The notes under the pieces: model-generated
The model's database searches: none
What the model was told of the DNA's origin: nothing
Seen by the model: only the letters and a program-made list of their open reading frames with translations
Assembly (NCBI GenBank): GCA_963786375.1
Contig: CAWAYP010000005.1
Location: 80,036 to 144,035 of the forward strand
Length of the DNA: 64,000 nt
Reading direction: 5' to 3'
Origin: an uncultured Verrucomicrobiae bacterium
GTDB taxonomy: Bacteria; Verrucomicrobiota; Verrucomicrobiia; Limisphaerales; UBA11358
Translations under genes and position numbers: made by a program
Shown: piece by piece, positions 18,248 through 27,631 of the stretch
How the letters are laid out: each line of letters begins with the position of its first letter
Position numbering within the stretch: the stretch's first letter is position 1

Positions 18248-18721
18248 ATGCGATTACACGATTTAAAACCCCGTCCCGGCGCGAAACACCGCGTGAAGCG
18301 GCTCGGCCAGGGTGAATCCAGCGGTCACGGCAAAACCAGCGGACGTGGCGGCAAAGGCCAGACGGCGCGTTCCGGCAGTTCCATCCGCATCGGCTTTGAG
18401 GGCGGCCAGATGCCGCTGATCCGGCGCATTCCCAAACGCGGATTCAACAATGCGCGCTTTGCGAAACAATTCATCGCGGTGAACGTCGGCGAACTGAATC
18501 AGTTTGACGCCGGCGCGCGGGTGGACGAAACGGCGTTGCGCGCGGTCGGCCTGGCCAATGGCCGGGCGGATGGAGTCAAGGTGCTGGGCGACGGCGAATT
18601 GTCCAAAAAACTCACGGTGAGCGCGCACGCGTTCAGCGCCTCAGCCCGCTCCAAAATCGAGGCCAAAGGCGGCGTGTGCGAACTCGTCGGCGGCAAACCA
18701 ACCACTCCGGCGAAAGCCTGA
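18248..18721 (+). CDS. rplO: 50S ribosomal protein L15 (directly after rpsE; no rpmD)
   Basis: MRLHDLKPRPGAKHRVKRLGQGESSGHGKTSGRGGKGQ. Confidence 0.95.
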   Translation: MRLHDLKPRPGAKHRVKRLGQGESSGHGKTSGRGGKGQTARSGSSIRIGFEGGQMPLIRRIPKRGFNNARFAKQFIAVNVGELNQFDAGARVDETALRAVGLANGRADGVKVLGDGELSKKLTVSAHAFSASARSKIEAKGGVCELVGGKPTTPAKA

Positions 18722-18738
18722 GTGCCGGCGGCTAACGC

Positions 18739-20130
18739 ATGTTCCGCTCAATCTTCAATACCTTTGCCAACTGCTTCAAAATACCGGAGCTGAAATCCCG
18801 GATTTTGTTCACGCTGGCATTGTTGGGGGTCTGCCGGTTGATGGCCTATATTGTCATTCCCGGTCTGGACGGGTCGGCGCTGGCCAATTATTTCAATGAA
18901 AATGAACAGAGCAGCGGCGGGTTGCTGGGCATGTACAATATGTTTGCCGGCGGCGCCTACGGAAATTGCGCCATCGGAGCGTTGGGCATTATGCCTTACA
19001 TCAGCGCCACCATCATTATCCAATTGCTCACGGCGGTCTGGCCGAAACTCAGCAAGCTGGCGCGCGAAGAGGGCGGGCGGGCGCAAATCATCAAATATGG
19101 CCGTTATTTGACGGTGTTGATTTGCCTGGGCCAAGGATTGTATTTTGCCAGCGGCTGGCAGCATCCGCAAAACATGTTTCACGGGTTTCAAGGCCAGCTT
19201 GTGCTGGTGGGCAATCCGGTTTGGTATCTCATCCAAACCACGCTCATCTTGACGACCGGGACGATGCTGCTCATGTGGCTGGGCGAACAAATCACCGATC
19301 GCGGTGTGGGCAACGGCGTTTCACTGGTCATAACCATCGGCATCGTGGCGCGCCTGCCGCGGGCTTTCGTTGCCTTGCGGGACATGTTTTTCCCGGCGGG
19401 CGGGATTGAACCGAATTACCATCCCATGGGCACGGGCGTGATGTTGGTCTTGTTGCTGGCCATGGTGATTGGCGGTGTGATTGCCATTACCCAGGCGCAA
19501 CGGAAAATTCCCGTGCAATACGCGCAGCGCGCCGTTGGACGCAAACTGTATTCCGGCGGCACCTCATTCATGCCATTGCGCGTGAATTATTCCGGCGTCA
19601 TGCCGATTATTTTCGCCCAATCCATTTTGATGTTCCCGGGGCCGCTTTGCGAAAAGGCGGCGGAAATCATTCCGGTGCCGTTCCTGCAGGATTTCTTCCG
19701 GGGAATCGCTTTGCAGCTTGCCTACGGTACCGTGGGATATCTGGCGATTTACGGGCTGATGATTTTGTTTTTCTCGTATTTCTGGGTGGCCACGCAATTC
19801 AACGAGTTGCAGATTGCCGACGATTTGAAGAAAAACGGCGGTTACATTCCCGGGGTGCGGCCGGGGCAGGGGACCAGTGACTATCTGCACAAGGCGATGA
19901 GCCGCATCACACTGGCGGGCGCAATTTTCCTGACGATTATCGCGGTCATTCCCATCATCATGCGCAACGCGATGAGCATTCCCTATGACGTTTCCCAGTT
20001 TTTCGGCGGCACAAGCATCTTGATCACCGTCGGCGTTTTGCTGGACACCATGCGACAGGTCGAATCGCACTTGATGATGCGCCATTATGACGGATTTTTG
20101 AAGAAGGGCCGCCTGCGTGGACGGTTCTAG
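18739..20130 (+). CDS. secY: preprotein translocase subunit SecY
   Basis: 463 aa, 10 hydrophobic spans; ...GALGIMPYISATIIIQLL...WLGEQITDRGVGNGVSL. Confidence 0.97.
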   Translation: MFRSIFNTFANCFKIPELKSRILFTLALLGVCRLMAYIVIPGLDGSALANYFNENEQSSGGLLGMYNMFAGGAYGNCAIGALGIMPYISATIIIQLLTAVWPKLSKLAREEGGRAQIIKYGRYLTVLICLGQGLYFASGWQHPQNMFHGFQGQLVLVGNPVWYLIQTTLILTTGTMLLMWLGEQITDRGVGNGVSLVITIGIVARLPRAFVALRDMFFPAGGIEPNYHPMGTGVMLVLLLAMVIGGVIAITQAQRKIPVQYAQRAVGRKLYSGGTSFMPLRVNYSGVMPIIFAQSILMFPGPLCEKAAEIIPVPFLQDFFRGIALQLAYGTVGYLAIYGLMILFFSYFWVATQFNELQIADDLKKNGGYIPGVRPGQGTSDYLHKAMSRITLAGAIFLTIIAVIPIIMRNAMSIPYDVSQFFGGTSILITVGVLLDTMRQVESHLMMRHYDGFLKKGRLRGRF

Positions 20131-20191
20131 TTTTTCGCATTGCGGGTTGCATGAAATGGTTAATTGACCCAACGCGCGGTTCGCCCGACGT

Positions 20192-20968
20192 ATGATCATT
20201 CTGAAAAATGAACGGGATTTGGACTCAATGCGGCCGGCTTGCCGGGTGGCGGGAACGGTGCTGGAAGAAATCGCCGCGTTCATCCAACCCGGCATGACGA
20301 CGCGGCAGGTGGATGAATTTGCCGCGAAGCGCATCAAGCAGCACGGCGCCAAGAGCGCATTTTTGGGTTACCGGAAATATCCGTGCCACACGTGCATTTC
20401 AGTGAATGACGAAGTGGTGCATGGTTTGGCGGGCGACCATGAACTGCGCTTCGGCGACATCGTGAGCGTGGATGTGGGCGTGTTTTACAAAGGGTTTGTG
20501 GGGGACACGGCGCGCACGGTGGCGGTGGGCGGCTGCGGCGTGGCGGCGCAACGGCTCATGGATGTGACGGAACATGCGCTTTACGAAGGCATTGCAGCGG
20601 CGGTTCCGGGAAACCGCGTGACGGACATTTCGCGCGCGGTTCAAAATTACGTCGAAGGCAATGGTTTCAGCGTGGTGCGCGAATTTGTGGGGCACGGCGT
20701 CGGACGCTCAATGCACGAAGAGCCGCAGGTGCCGAATTTTGTGGATCCCAAGAGCAATCAAAAGCTCCGTCCGGGCATGACGCTGGCCATTGAGCCGATG
20801 GTCAACGCCGGACAGCCCGGAGTAAAAATATTGAAAGACGGCTGGACAGTGGTCACCCAAGATGGTTTACTGTCCGCTCATTTTGAGCATACGGTCTTGG
20901 TCACCGAGGGTGAACCGGAGATTTTGACATGCCCGGAAACGAAGCCTTCCAGGTTGAAGGTCGGGTGA
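20192..20968 (+). CDS. map: methionine aminopeptidase type I
   Basis: ...CHTCISVNDEVVHG...DIVSVDVG...FVGHGVGRSMHEEPQV...LAIEPM...HFEHTVLVT. Confidence 0.95.
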   Translation: MIILKNERDLDSMRPACRVAGTVLEEIAAFIQPGMTTRQVDEFAAKRIKQHGAKSAFLGYRKYPCHTCISVNDEVVHGLAGDHELRFGDIVSVDVGVFYKGFVGDTARTVAVGGCGVAAQRLMDVTEHALYEGIAAAVPGNRVTDISRAVQNYVEGNGFSVVREFVGHGVGRSMHEEPQVPNFVDPKSNQKLRPGMTLAIEPMVNAGQPGVKILKDGWTVVTQDGLLSAHFEHTVLVTEGEPEILTCPETKPSRLKVG

Positions 20969-21147
20969 TGGAGGCCCTGGCGAACGGAACGTATCGCGTG
21001 GGGCTGTCCAATGGACACCGGCTCACGGCGTTCGTGGCGGGCCGGGCGAAGCGGAATTTTGCCGGATTGAAAGCCGGTGACAAAGTGAAATTGCAATTGA
21101 CGCCCTATGATTTGTCAACGGGGCGGATTGTGTTGGAAGTTAAATAA
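20929..21147 (+). CDS. infA: translation initiation factor IF-1
   Basis: 72 aa; ...FQVEGRVMEALANGTYRVGLSNGHRLTAFVAGRAKRN...; overlaps the map 3' end by 40 nt. Confidence 0.93.
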   Translation: MPGNEAFQVEGRVMEALANGTYRVGLSNGHRLTAFVAGRAKRNFAGLKAGDKVKLQLTPYDLSTGRIVLEVK

Positions 21148-21159
21148 GTGATAAATGAT

Positions 21160-21219
21160 TGGTTAAACAAGTCATGGCCGACGGGAAATGTTGAGTGGCG
21201 CAAATCACTTGTTTAACCA
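21160..21219 (+). promoter_or_regulatory. long hairpin between infA and rpmJ
   Basis: GGTTAAACAAGTCAT (21161-21175) pairs with ATCACTTGTTTAACC (21204-21218), 14/15 bp, ~28-nt loop, no T-run. Confidence 0.5.
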
Positions 21220-21246
21220 GTTGTTCATCTAACGAATTACCAGAAC

Positions 21247-21360
21247 ATGAAAGTTCGCGCGTCAGTAAAAAAAATGTGCGAGCACTGCAAAATAGTGCGG
21301 CGTCGCGGTGTCATTCGCGTGATTTGCTCGAACAAACGGCACAAACAACGGCAGGGCTGA
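21247..21360 (+). CDS. rpmJ: 50S ribosomal protein L36 (37 aa; below the ORF-track cutoff)
   Basis: Hand translation gives [37 protein letters not shown]-stop, with the C-x2-C...C...H zinc-ribbon pattern. Confidence 0.93.
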   Translation: MKVRASVKKMCEHCKIVRRRGVIRVICSNKRHKQRQG

Positions 21361-21373
21361 TGGCCGATGCCGG

Positions 21374-21402
21374 GATTTAACCAGCTAACCATTTAACGAC
21401 CT
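21374..21402 (+). promoter_or_regulatory. ATTTAAC octamer leader upstream of rpsM
   Basis: GATTTAAC|CAGCTAAC|CATTTAAC|GACCT-ATG. Confidence 0.55.
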
Positions 21403-21798
21403 ATGGCACGCATCATTGGTGTGGAAGTTCCGCCGAACAAGCGCATAGACATTGCGTTGCGCTACATCTATGGCATCGGCCCGTCCAACTCGAAGGAGAT
21501 TTTGGAGCACGCCAACATTGACCCCGGCATTCGCGCGAAGGACTTGACCGAACAGCAACTTTCCCAAATCGTCCACGCGATTCAGGAAGGCAAATATGTC
21601 ATCGAGGGCGATCTGCGCCGCGAAATCGGCATGAATCTCAAGCGGTTGCAGGGCGTTAAATGTTATCGTGGCATCCGCCACATGCGCGGGTTGCCCGTGC
21701 GCGGCCAGCGCACACAAACCAACGCCCGCACGCGCAAAGGTCCGCGCAAGACCGTCGGCGTGCAACGCAATCCGAACGCCAAGACCGGCATCCACTGA
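21403..21798 (+). CDS. rpsM: 30S ribosomal protein S13
   Basis: [26 protein letters not shown]...[19 protein letters not shown]. Confidence 0.97.
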   Translation: MARIIGVEVPPNKRIDIALRYIYGIGPSNSKEILEHANIDPGIRAKDLTEQQLSQIVHAIQEGKYVIEGDLRREIGMNLKRLQGVKCYRGIRHMRGLPVRGQRTQTNARTRKGPRKTVGVQRNPNAKTGIH

Positions 21799-21806
21799 TT
21801 TTTTGT

Positions 21807-22412
21807 ATGGCTGAAGAAAAAAAGAAACCGGCTCCCAAAAAGAAGGAAGCAAAACCCGAAGCGGAAAAGGCGGCTCCGGCCGAACAGGCCGCCAGACCGG
21901 CGGCGGAGAAAACGTCCCCCCAAGCCGCGCCCGCTGCAGAGGTTCCTGCGGCGGAAGCGTCCAAGCCCGCGGGCACGCCGGTGGCCGGTTCCGCGCCCAG
22001 CGCGGCCGAATTGCTGGGCGAAGACGCCGCCGCCAAGAAAATCATCAAGGCCAAACACGCCAAGAACATTGTCTCCGGCGTGGCAAACATTCTGGCCACG
22101 TTCAACAACACGCAGGTCACCATCACCGACCTGCACGGCAATCTCATCGGCTGGTCGAGCGCCGGTCGCGTTGGCTTCAAAGGTTCGCGCAAAAGCACGG
22201 CCTACGCCGCGCAACAGGTTGCCCAAGACGCCGCGCGCCAGGCGATGGCGCACGGCATGAAGGAAATCGAAGTGCGGGTCAAAGGCCCGGGTTCCGGCCG
22301 GGAATCGGCCATCCGCGCGTTGCAAGCCATTGGCTTGGAAATTAGCGCAATCAAGGACGTGACGCCCATTCCGCACAACGGTTGCCGGCCGCGCAAAAAG
22401 CGCCGCGTGTAG
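21807..22412 (+). CDS. rpsK: 30S ribosomal protein S11 with ~75-aa Ala/Pro/Glu/Lys-rich N-terminal extension
   Basis: ATG at 21807 ([21 protein letters not shown]...). Conserved core from ...[27 protein letters not shown]... to [11 protein letters not shown]. Confidence 0.93.
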   Translation: MAEEKKKPAPKKKEAKPEAEKAAPAEQAARPAAEKTSPQAAPAAEVPAAEASKPAGTPVAGSAPSAAELLGEDAAAKKIIKAKHAKNIVSGVANILATFNNTQVTITDLHGNLIGWSSAGRVGFKGSRKSTAYAAQQVAQDAARQAMAHGMKEIEVRVKGPGSGRESAIRALQAIGLEISAIKDVTPIPHNGCRPRKKRRV

Positions 22413-22433
22413 AATCCCAACTCTTAAAGTCCT

Positions 22434-23042
22434 ATGGCTCGTTATACAGGTCCCCGCGTTCGCATCAGCCGCCGTTTCGGCACGCCGATTTTCGGCCCGT
22501 CGAAATATCTGGAACGGCGCAATTATGGTCCCGGCGTTCACGGTCCGAAGTCGCGGCGCAAGCACACCGATTATGGCCTCGGCCTGATCGAGAAACAAAA
22601 GCTCCGTTACTACTACGGCCTGATGGAGCGCCAGTTTCGCGGCGTTTATGAAAAGGCGTTGAAACGCCGGGGTGTCACCGGCGAGCAGATGTTGCAGATA
22701 TTGGAAACGCGTTTGGACAACGTCGTTTTCCATCTCGGTTTTGCGACCACCCGCGCCGCCGCGCGCCAGATGGTTTCGCACGGCCACGTCACGGTGAACG
22801 GGCGCAAGGTCAATGTCCCGTCTTACAGCCTCCGGGTGAACGATGTGGTCGAGGTGAAAAATTCAAACGTGTCGCGCCAGTTGGCGACGAAGAATATGGA
22901 AATGGCCACGAGCCGCGCGGTGCCGGATTGGCTGTCGTTAAGCAAGGAAGAGTTCAAGGGCACGGTTATGCGGATTCCGACGCGCGACGAGATTCAACCG
23001 ATTGCCAACGAGCAGGCGGTTGTCGAATTTTATTCCCGCTAA
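22434..23042 (+). CDS. rpsD: 30S ribosomal protein S4
   Basis: MARYTGPRVRISRRFG...LETRLDNVVFHLGFA (S4 domain). Confidence 0.97.
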   Translation: MARYTGPRVRISRRFGTPIFGPSKYLERRNYGPGVHGPKSRRKHTDYGLGLIEKQKLRYYYGLMERQFRGVYEKALKRRGVTGEQMLQILETRLDNVVFHLGFATTRAAARQMVSHGHVTVNGRKVNVPSYSLRVNDVVEVKNSNVSRQLATKNMEMATSRAVPDWLSLSKEEFKGTVMRIPTRDEIQPIANEQAVVEFYSR

Positions 23043-23160
23043 AAACATGAACCCGTTCCGCTCCTTTGCTGAGGGGGTGGAACAAAGCAATTATACGGGC
23101 TTTGCCGGACGCGGGAATAAACAGCCGGCGAAGCCAGATTGAAATTGTTGAAAGGAAAAT

Positions 23161-24177
23161 ATGCCAGTACGTCTCGGACGTTTTGAAATGCCGAAACGGT
23201 TGCAGAAGGACGACGCGACCGCCACGGAAACCTACGCCAAATTTGTCGCCGACCCGTTTGAAACCGGTTACGGCCACACCATCGGCAACTCGCTGCGCCG
23301 CGTGTTGCTTTCCTCGCTGGAAGGCGCGGCCATCACCTCGATGAAGGTGGATGGCGCCATGCATGAATTCGCCACCATTGAAGGGGTGGTTGAGGACGTA
23401 ACCGACATCGTTTTGAATTTGAAAAGGATCAAATTCAAGGCCCACTCCCGCGACCCGCAGACGCTGTTGCTGTCTGTGAATAAGGAAGGTGCCGTGACTG
23501 CCGCCGACATTCAGCTCAACCAGAACGTGGAACTGGTCAATCCTGATCAGCACATCTGCACGCTCGACAAAAAGAAGAAGTTTGAGATGGAATTGGAGCT
23601 TAAGATCGGCCGCGGTTTTTGCCCCGGCGACGAAAACAAAAAACCCGGCCAGCCCATTGGCGTCGTTGCGATTGATTCGTTGTTTTCGCCGGTGACGCGC
23701 GTGCGTTATGCCGTGGAAGCCGCGCGCGTCGGCAACCGCACGGATTACGACCGGTTGATTTTGGAGATTTGGACGGATGGACGCATTTCACCCGACGACG
23801 CGTTGACGCAGGCGTCGGCGATTCTGGCCCATCATCTGGATGTGTTTGTGGGTTACGACAAGAACGCCGTGGAATTTGAAGAGGCGGAGTCGAAGCAGGA
23901 TGACGAGAAGGCCAAGCTCAAGAAGCTGCTCAACATGAGCGTCAATGAGATTGAGTTGAGCGTTCGCGCGGCGAACTGCCTGAACAACGCGAACATCACC
24001 ACCGTCGGCCAGTTGGCAATGAAGACCGAGCAGGAGATGCTCAAGTACCGCAACTTCGGCAAAAAGTCGCTGAACGAAATCAAAGACAAACTCCAGGCTT
24101 TGGGTCTGTCGCTCGGCATGAACTTTGAAGCGGGCTTGCTGGACGCGCCGGTCAAGGAAACCCCGGAGAATAATTAA
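23161..24177 (+). CDS. rpoA: DNA-directed RNA polymerase alpha subunit
   Basis: 338 aa; ...GYGHTIGNSLRRVLLSSLEGAAI...; C-terminal domain ELSVRAANCLNNANITTVGQL. Confidence 0.97.
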   Translation: MPVRLGRFEMPKRLQKDDATATETYAKFVADPFETGYGHTIGNSLRRVLLSSLEGAAITSMKVDGAMHEFATIEGVVEDVTDIVLNLKRIKFKAHSRDPQTLLLSVNKEGAVTAADIQLNQNVELVNPDQHICTLDKKKKFEMELELKIGRGFCPGDENKKPGQPIGVVAIDSLFSPVTRVRYAVEAARVGNRTDYDRLILEIWTDGRISPDDALTQASAILAHHLDVFVGYDKNAVEFEEAESKQDDEKAKLKKLLNMSVNEIELSVRAANCLNNANITTVGQLAMKTEQEMLKYRNFGKKSLNEIKDKLQALGLSLGMNFEAGLLDAPVKETPENN

Positions 24178-24185
24178 GCGACCCT

Positions 24186-24704
24186 ATGCGACACTTAAAG
24201 CACACGGCCAAACTGGGCCGCACGTCGGAGCATCGCAATGCGATGCTGGCAAACTTGGTTTGCAGTCTGATCAAGCATAAACGTGTGACCACCACGCTCG
24301 CGAAGGCCAAGGCCGCGCGTCCCGTCGCCGAAAAAATCGTCACCCTCGGCAAGCGCGGCACCATTCAGGCGCGCCGTCTGGTGACGGCCCGCTTGCATGC
24401 GCACGGACCGACAGTCCAATTGACCAAGGACGAACGTCGCAAATGGCGTCAAAGCGAAGACGTGTTGCGGGCGCTTTTTGAAGAGATCGCGCCCGCGTTC
24501 AAGGAGCGCAATGGCGGTTACACCCGCATTGTCAAAATGGGCCAGCGTCCGGGCGATGCCGCCCAGCGCGCGATTTTGGAATGGGTGGATTACACACCGG
24601 CGGCTCCGGCGCCGACGGAAGCCGCTCCCGCCGGAGAAACCAAGCCTGCCGAGACCAAACCGGCGGAGGCCGGGCCGGCGGAGACCAAGGCCGAGAAGAA
24701 GTAA
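24186..24704 (+). CDS. rplQ: 50S ribosomal protein L17 with ~45-aa Pro/Ala/Glu/Thr/Lys-rich C-terminal tail
   Basis: MRHLKHTAKLGRTSEHRNAMLANL...GGYTRIVKMGQRPGD..., then TPAAPAPTEAAPAGETKPAETKPAEAGPAETKAEKK. Confidence 0.95.
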   Translation: MRHLKHTAKLGRTSEHRNAMLANLVCSLIKHKRVTTTLAKAKAARPVAEKIVTLGKRGTIQARRLVTARLHAHGPTVQLTKDERRKWRQSEDVLRALFEEIAPAFKERNGGYTRIVKMGQRPGDAAQRAILEWVDYTPAAPAPTEAAPAGETKPAETKPAEAGPAETKAEKK

Positions 24705-24721
24705 GCCGGCCAATTTTTCAC

Positions 24722-24750
24722 AGCCCGTTCTTCAAAACGGGCTTTTTTAT
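24722..24750. terminator. intrinsic terminator closing the alpha operon (possibly bidirectional)
   Basis: AGCCCGTT / AACGGGCT stem followed by TTTTTTAT; sits between convergent rplQ and the 24766 gene. Confidence 0.7.
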
Positions 24751-24765
24751 TATGCCCCGCGCCCA

Positions 24766-25035
24766 TTACAACAGCCACAAATAAACCAGTCCGACAACGA
24801 GCAGAATCGCCACGAGCCACCAGAACCAAGGAATGCCACGAGGCACCGTTCGTTCTCCGCCGAATTCGCGTGCGGCAAAATCGTCGTAGTTGAAATTCCT
24901 GTCGGGCAGGTTGAGATTGTCATAACGTGCTTCCTCGGACCATCCGGTATGATCGTCCGAGCCGCATTCCGGGCAGACCTTGGCGCCCGGCGGAACTTCC
25001 GCGCCGCAATGGGGACAGACTTCGGGTGGCATCAC
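24766..25035 (-). CDS. zinc-ribbon protein with C-terminal transmembrane helix
   Basis: CPHCGAEVPPGAKVCPECG (two CxxC); C-terminal WFWWLVAILLVVGLVYLWLL. Confidence 0.6.
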   Translation of the reverse strand: MMPPEVCPHCGAEVPPGAKVCPECGSDDHTGWSEEARYDNLNLPDRNFNYDDFAAREFGGERTVPRGIPWFWWLVAILLVVGLVYLWLL

Positions 25036-25622
25036 CCTCCCACACCGGCGTATTCCTCGTCGGTTTTCAACTCGAGTCCCATCAAAACGTAATCATGGGA
25101 AACAGCCTGCATGTCCTTGACGTATTCCTCCAGACGCAGCAGTTGGCTGAAACTGAGCATGGCAAACATTTTGATGGCCGTTTCCTGTTCGCCAATGAAT
25201 TCCGCCTCGACCCTTTCCAAACCGGCGCTCCGCGCGATGCCAATAATTTCGCCGACCAGCGCCCGCGCCAGACCACGCCCGCGGAATTCCGGATGCACGA
25301 GCACGCTCACGCGGCCAATGTGGCGTTTCCAGCCGCCGAGCTGCTGGTGCAGTGTCGCGTCGCCAATAATTCTGCCGCCAACCAGCGCAACCAGCGGCAG
25401 GTTCCGGCCGTAATCAATGTTCCGGCACCAATCGTGAATCACCTCAAGGTCGGTGACGCGATGTTTGATGAACATGCGTTCCGGCTCTGGAACGCCGAGA
25501 AAAAGTTTGTGAAAATCCTTTTCGTCGTCGGGACGCAGTGGACGCAACGTCGCCTTCGTGCCGTCCTTGAGGGTGACGACCTTGGGAAACCTTTGAAGTT
25601 CAAGTTCAATACTGAATGACAT
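25032..25622 (-). CDS. GNAT-family N-acetyltransferase
   Basis: ...VLVHPEFRGRGLARALVGEIIGIARSAGLERVEAE (acetyl-CoA motif A, R/Q-x-x-G-x-G/A). Confidence 0.7.
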   Translation of the reverse strand: MSFSIELELQRFPKVVTLKDGTKATLRPLRPDDEKDFHKLFLGVPEPERMFIKHRVTDLEVIHDWCRNIDYGRNLPLVALVGGRIIGDATLHQQLGGWKRHIGRVSVLVHPEFRGRGLARALVGEIIGIARSAGLERVEAEFIGEQETAIKMFAMLSFSQLLRLEEYVKDMQAVSHDYVLMGLELKTDEEYAGVGG

Positions 25623-25701
25623 GAGTTTCCTTTCTCTTTGCTTTGTACTTTGCGGTAAATGCCCCGCTCCCGCAACCTAATCCCGGCAAAAAAGTGACGA
25701 T

Positions 25702-26049
25702 TTACCCGCGATGCCGTGGGGGAGCCTGGCTAAATTTGCGCAGCCAATTGAGATAACGCTGGTTTCCTGCGTTCAGCGGCAAGACGAGAAACTCCGGCGT
25801 GTCGTATGGATGTTTGGCGAGAATCAATTTTTCGAGTGCCGTCAGTTTAGACTTCTGAGTTTTCAATATCAGCAAAACCTCCGCGCTCGATTCGATTTTT
25901 CCCCGCCACCAGTAATGGGATTCAATTTTGGGAACAAAGTTCGCGCAGGCAATCAAACGCGCTTGCAACGCGGCCTTGGCCAGTGCGCGGGCGGTTTTCA
26001 AATCCGGCGCGGTGACAAAAATAACGGCAAATTTCGAAGCGGATTTCAT
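25702..26049 (-). CDS. cutA: divalent-cation tolerance protein CutA
   Basis: ...VIFVTAPDLKTARALAKAALQARLIACANFVPKIESHYWWRGKIESSAEVLLILKT...HPYDTPEFLVLP. Confidence 0.85.
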   Translation of the reverse strand: MKSASKFAVIFVTAPDLKTARALAKAALQARLIACANFVPKIESHYWWRGKIESSAEVLLILKTQKSKLTALEKLILAKHPYDTPEFLVLPLNAGNQRYLNWLRKFSQAPPRHRG

Positions 26050-26133
26050 TCCTGATCACCCTGACCGCTAACGTGAGGAAGCTTAGGCTTAAATTTCCAG
26101 TTTTGATTTGTAATCAGGAGACGAGGTCACCGT

Positions 26134-26382
26134 TCACGATGTCATGCCCCGGCTGATTTTGAGCGTGTGTATGACGATTTCCTGCCGCCGCGGGTGATGA
26201 CAATAGAAATGACCGCCGTGACTCAGAACATATTCACAGTTATGGGGCGGGGGCACGAGACATTCCGCAGCCTCATTGATGCTCCACAAAGACCTGGCCC
26301 GGCACGTCTCCGCAAATGGCGGCTGAGACTTCAAATCGTTCGCCGGGGCGGAAGATTCTTGTTTGTTATTTGCTTTCGGCAT
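26134..26382 (-). CDS. hypothetical small Cys/His-containing protein
   Basis: ORF only (start taken at MPKANNKQ...); ...CEYVLSHGGHFYCHHP...; no family recognised. Confidence 0.3.
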   Translation of the reverse strand: MPKANNKQESSAPANDLKSQPPFAETCRARSLWSINEAAECLVPPPHNCEYVLSHGGHFYCHHPRRQEIVIHTLKISRGMTS

Positions 26383-26493
26383 GCGACAGGCTGATGAAAT
26401 CAAACTGAACCACCCCGGCACTTGGCGCAAGTACAATGTTTTTGAATGCCAAATCGGGTTTGTTTTTCTTCTGATTTCTGGTTAAGTCAGGCC

Positions 26494-27195
26494 ATGGAAC
26501 TGCCACCGCTGGAAGCGGGTACGCTGTATCTGGTCGCCACACCCATCGGCAATCTTGAAGACATTACATTGCGCGCGCTGCGGGTGTTGCGCGAGTGCGA
26601 CGTGGTCGCTGCTGAAGACACGCGCCGCACGGGGCAATTGCTCAAGCATTTTGGAATCGCCAAGCCGCTGCTAAGCTATTTCCAGTTCAATGAAGCGAAG
26701 CGCAGCGGGGAAATCATTGAACATCTCCGGCGCGGTGAAAAAATCGCGCTGGTCACGGACGCGGGCAGTCCCGGCATCAGCGATCCGGGGGAGCGTGTTG
26801 TCAAGGCAGCCATCACCGCCGGTTTTCGCGTTGAGCCGGTGCCGGGGTCGTGTGCGCTGGTTGCCGCGTTGACCGCGAGCGGCCTGCCGGCGGACGAGTT
26901 CCATTTCACCGGTTTTCTGCCGCATAAATCCGGTCAGCGGCGGAATAAATTGGAATCACTTAAAGTGACTCCCGGCACGCTGGTGTTCTACGAATCGCCG
27001 TTCCGGATTGAAAAACTGTTGGGCGAGTTGGTTCAGGTTTTCCCCGATCGGGAAGTGGTTCTCGCGCGCGAGCTGACAAAGAAGTTCGAGGAATTTCTTC
27101 GCGGCAAACCGGCGGACTTGCTGGCACTCAATCAACCGCGCCCCTTAAAAGGCGAATTTGTGGTTTTGGTTGGCCCGGCTGCCAAAACGAGGTAG
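26494..27195 (+). CDS. rsmI: 16S rRNA (cytidine1402-2'-O)-methyltransferase RsmI
   Basis: GTLYLVATPIGNLEDITLRALRVLRECDVVAAEDTR...SDAGSPGISDPG (tetrapyrrole-methylase fold, RsmI pattern). Confidence 0.85.
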   Translation: MELPPLEAGTLYLVATPIGNLEDITLRALRVLRECDVVAAEDTRRTGQLLKHFGIAKPLLSYFQFNEAKRSGEIIEHLRRGEKIALVTDAGSPGISDPGERVVKAAITAGFRVEPVPGSCALVAALTASGLPADEFHFTGFLPHKSGQRRNKLESLKVTPGTLVFYESPFRIEKLLGELVQVFPDREVVLARELTKKFEEFLRGKPADLLALNQPRPLKGEFVVLVGPAAKTR

Positions 27196-27267
27196 CGGCG
27201 CTCTGTGAGCGCCGCAGACTGCAAATGCCCCGAAGAAATGTGCGGCGGTCATAGACAGCCGTTGCAA
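27192..27267. repeat. REP-like palindromic element (family copy 2)
   Basis: GTAGCGGCGCTCTGTGAGCGCCGCA ... TGCGGCGGTCATAGACAGCCGTTGCAA. The left arm is 22/24 identical to 7847-7870. Confidence 0.65.
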
Positions 27268-27283
27268 TGTCTTCGCGCGAAAC

Positions 27284-27520
27284 CTACTTCGACTTGGCGG
27301 CCCTGACTTTCGCCCACCGCGCCTTGGCGGCCAGCGAAATTTTCCTGCGGGCGGCGGCACTCATCTTCCGACGCTTGCGACCAGTCTTTTTGACCGGAGA
27401 CTTGGCCCCATTCTTGGCCAAGGCTTCCAATTGTGATTGAAGACGTTCGATTTTTGATTTCAGGGCCGCCAGGCGTTTCAGCTTGGCTACCGAGAGATTG
27501 AGTAGTTCATTCATGCGCAT
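27284..27520 (-). CDS. small basic coiled-coil protein, hypothetical
   Basis: 78 aa; heptad-like LKRLAALKSKIERLQSQLEAL, then a Lys/Arg-rich tail. Confidence 0.4.
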   Translation of the reverse strand: MRMNELLNLSVAKLKRLAALKSKIERLQSQLEALAKNGAKSPVKKTGRKRRKMSAAARRKISLAAKARWAKVRAAKSK

Positions 27521-27631
27521 TCAGGATAAGTCTGGGGAAATAAAAATAAAAGCAACAAATGTTACTACTTTGTCATAACTAAACGGACCGCAAGATAGTG
27601 AGTAGTTCCGAAATCTTTTGAAGCAATCAGA

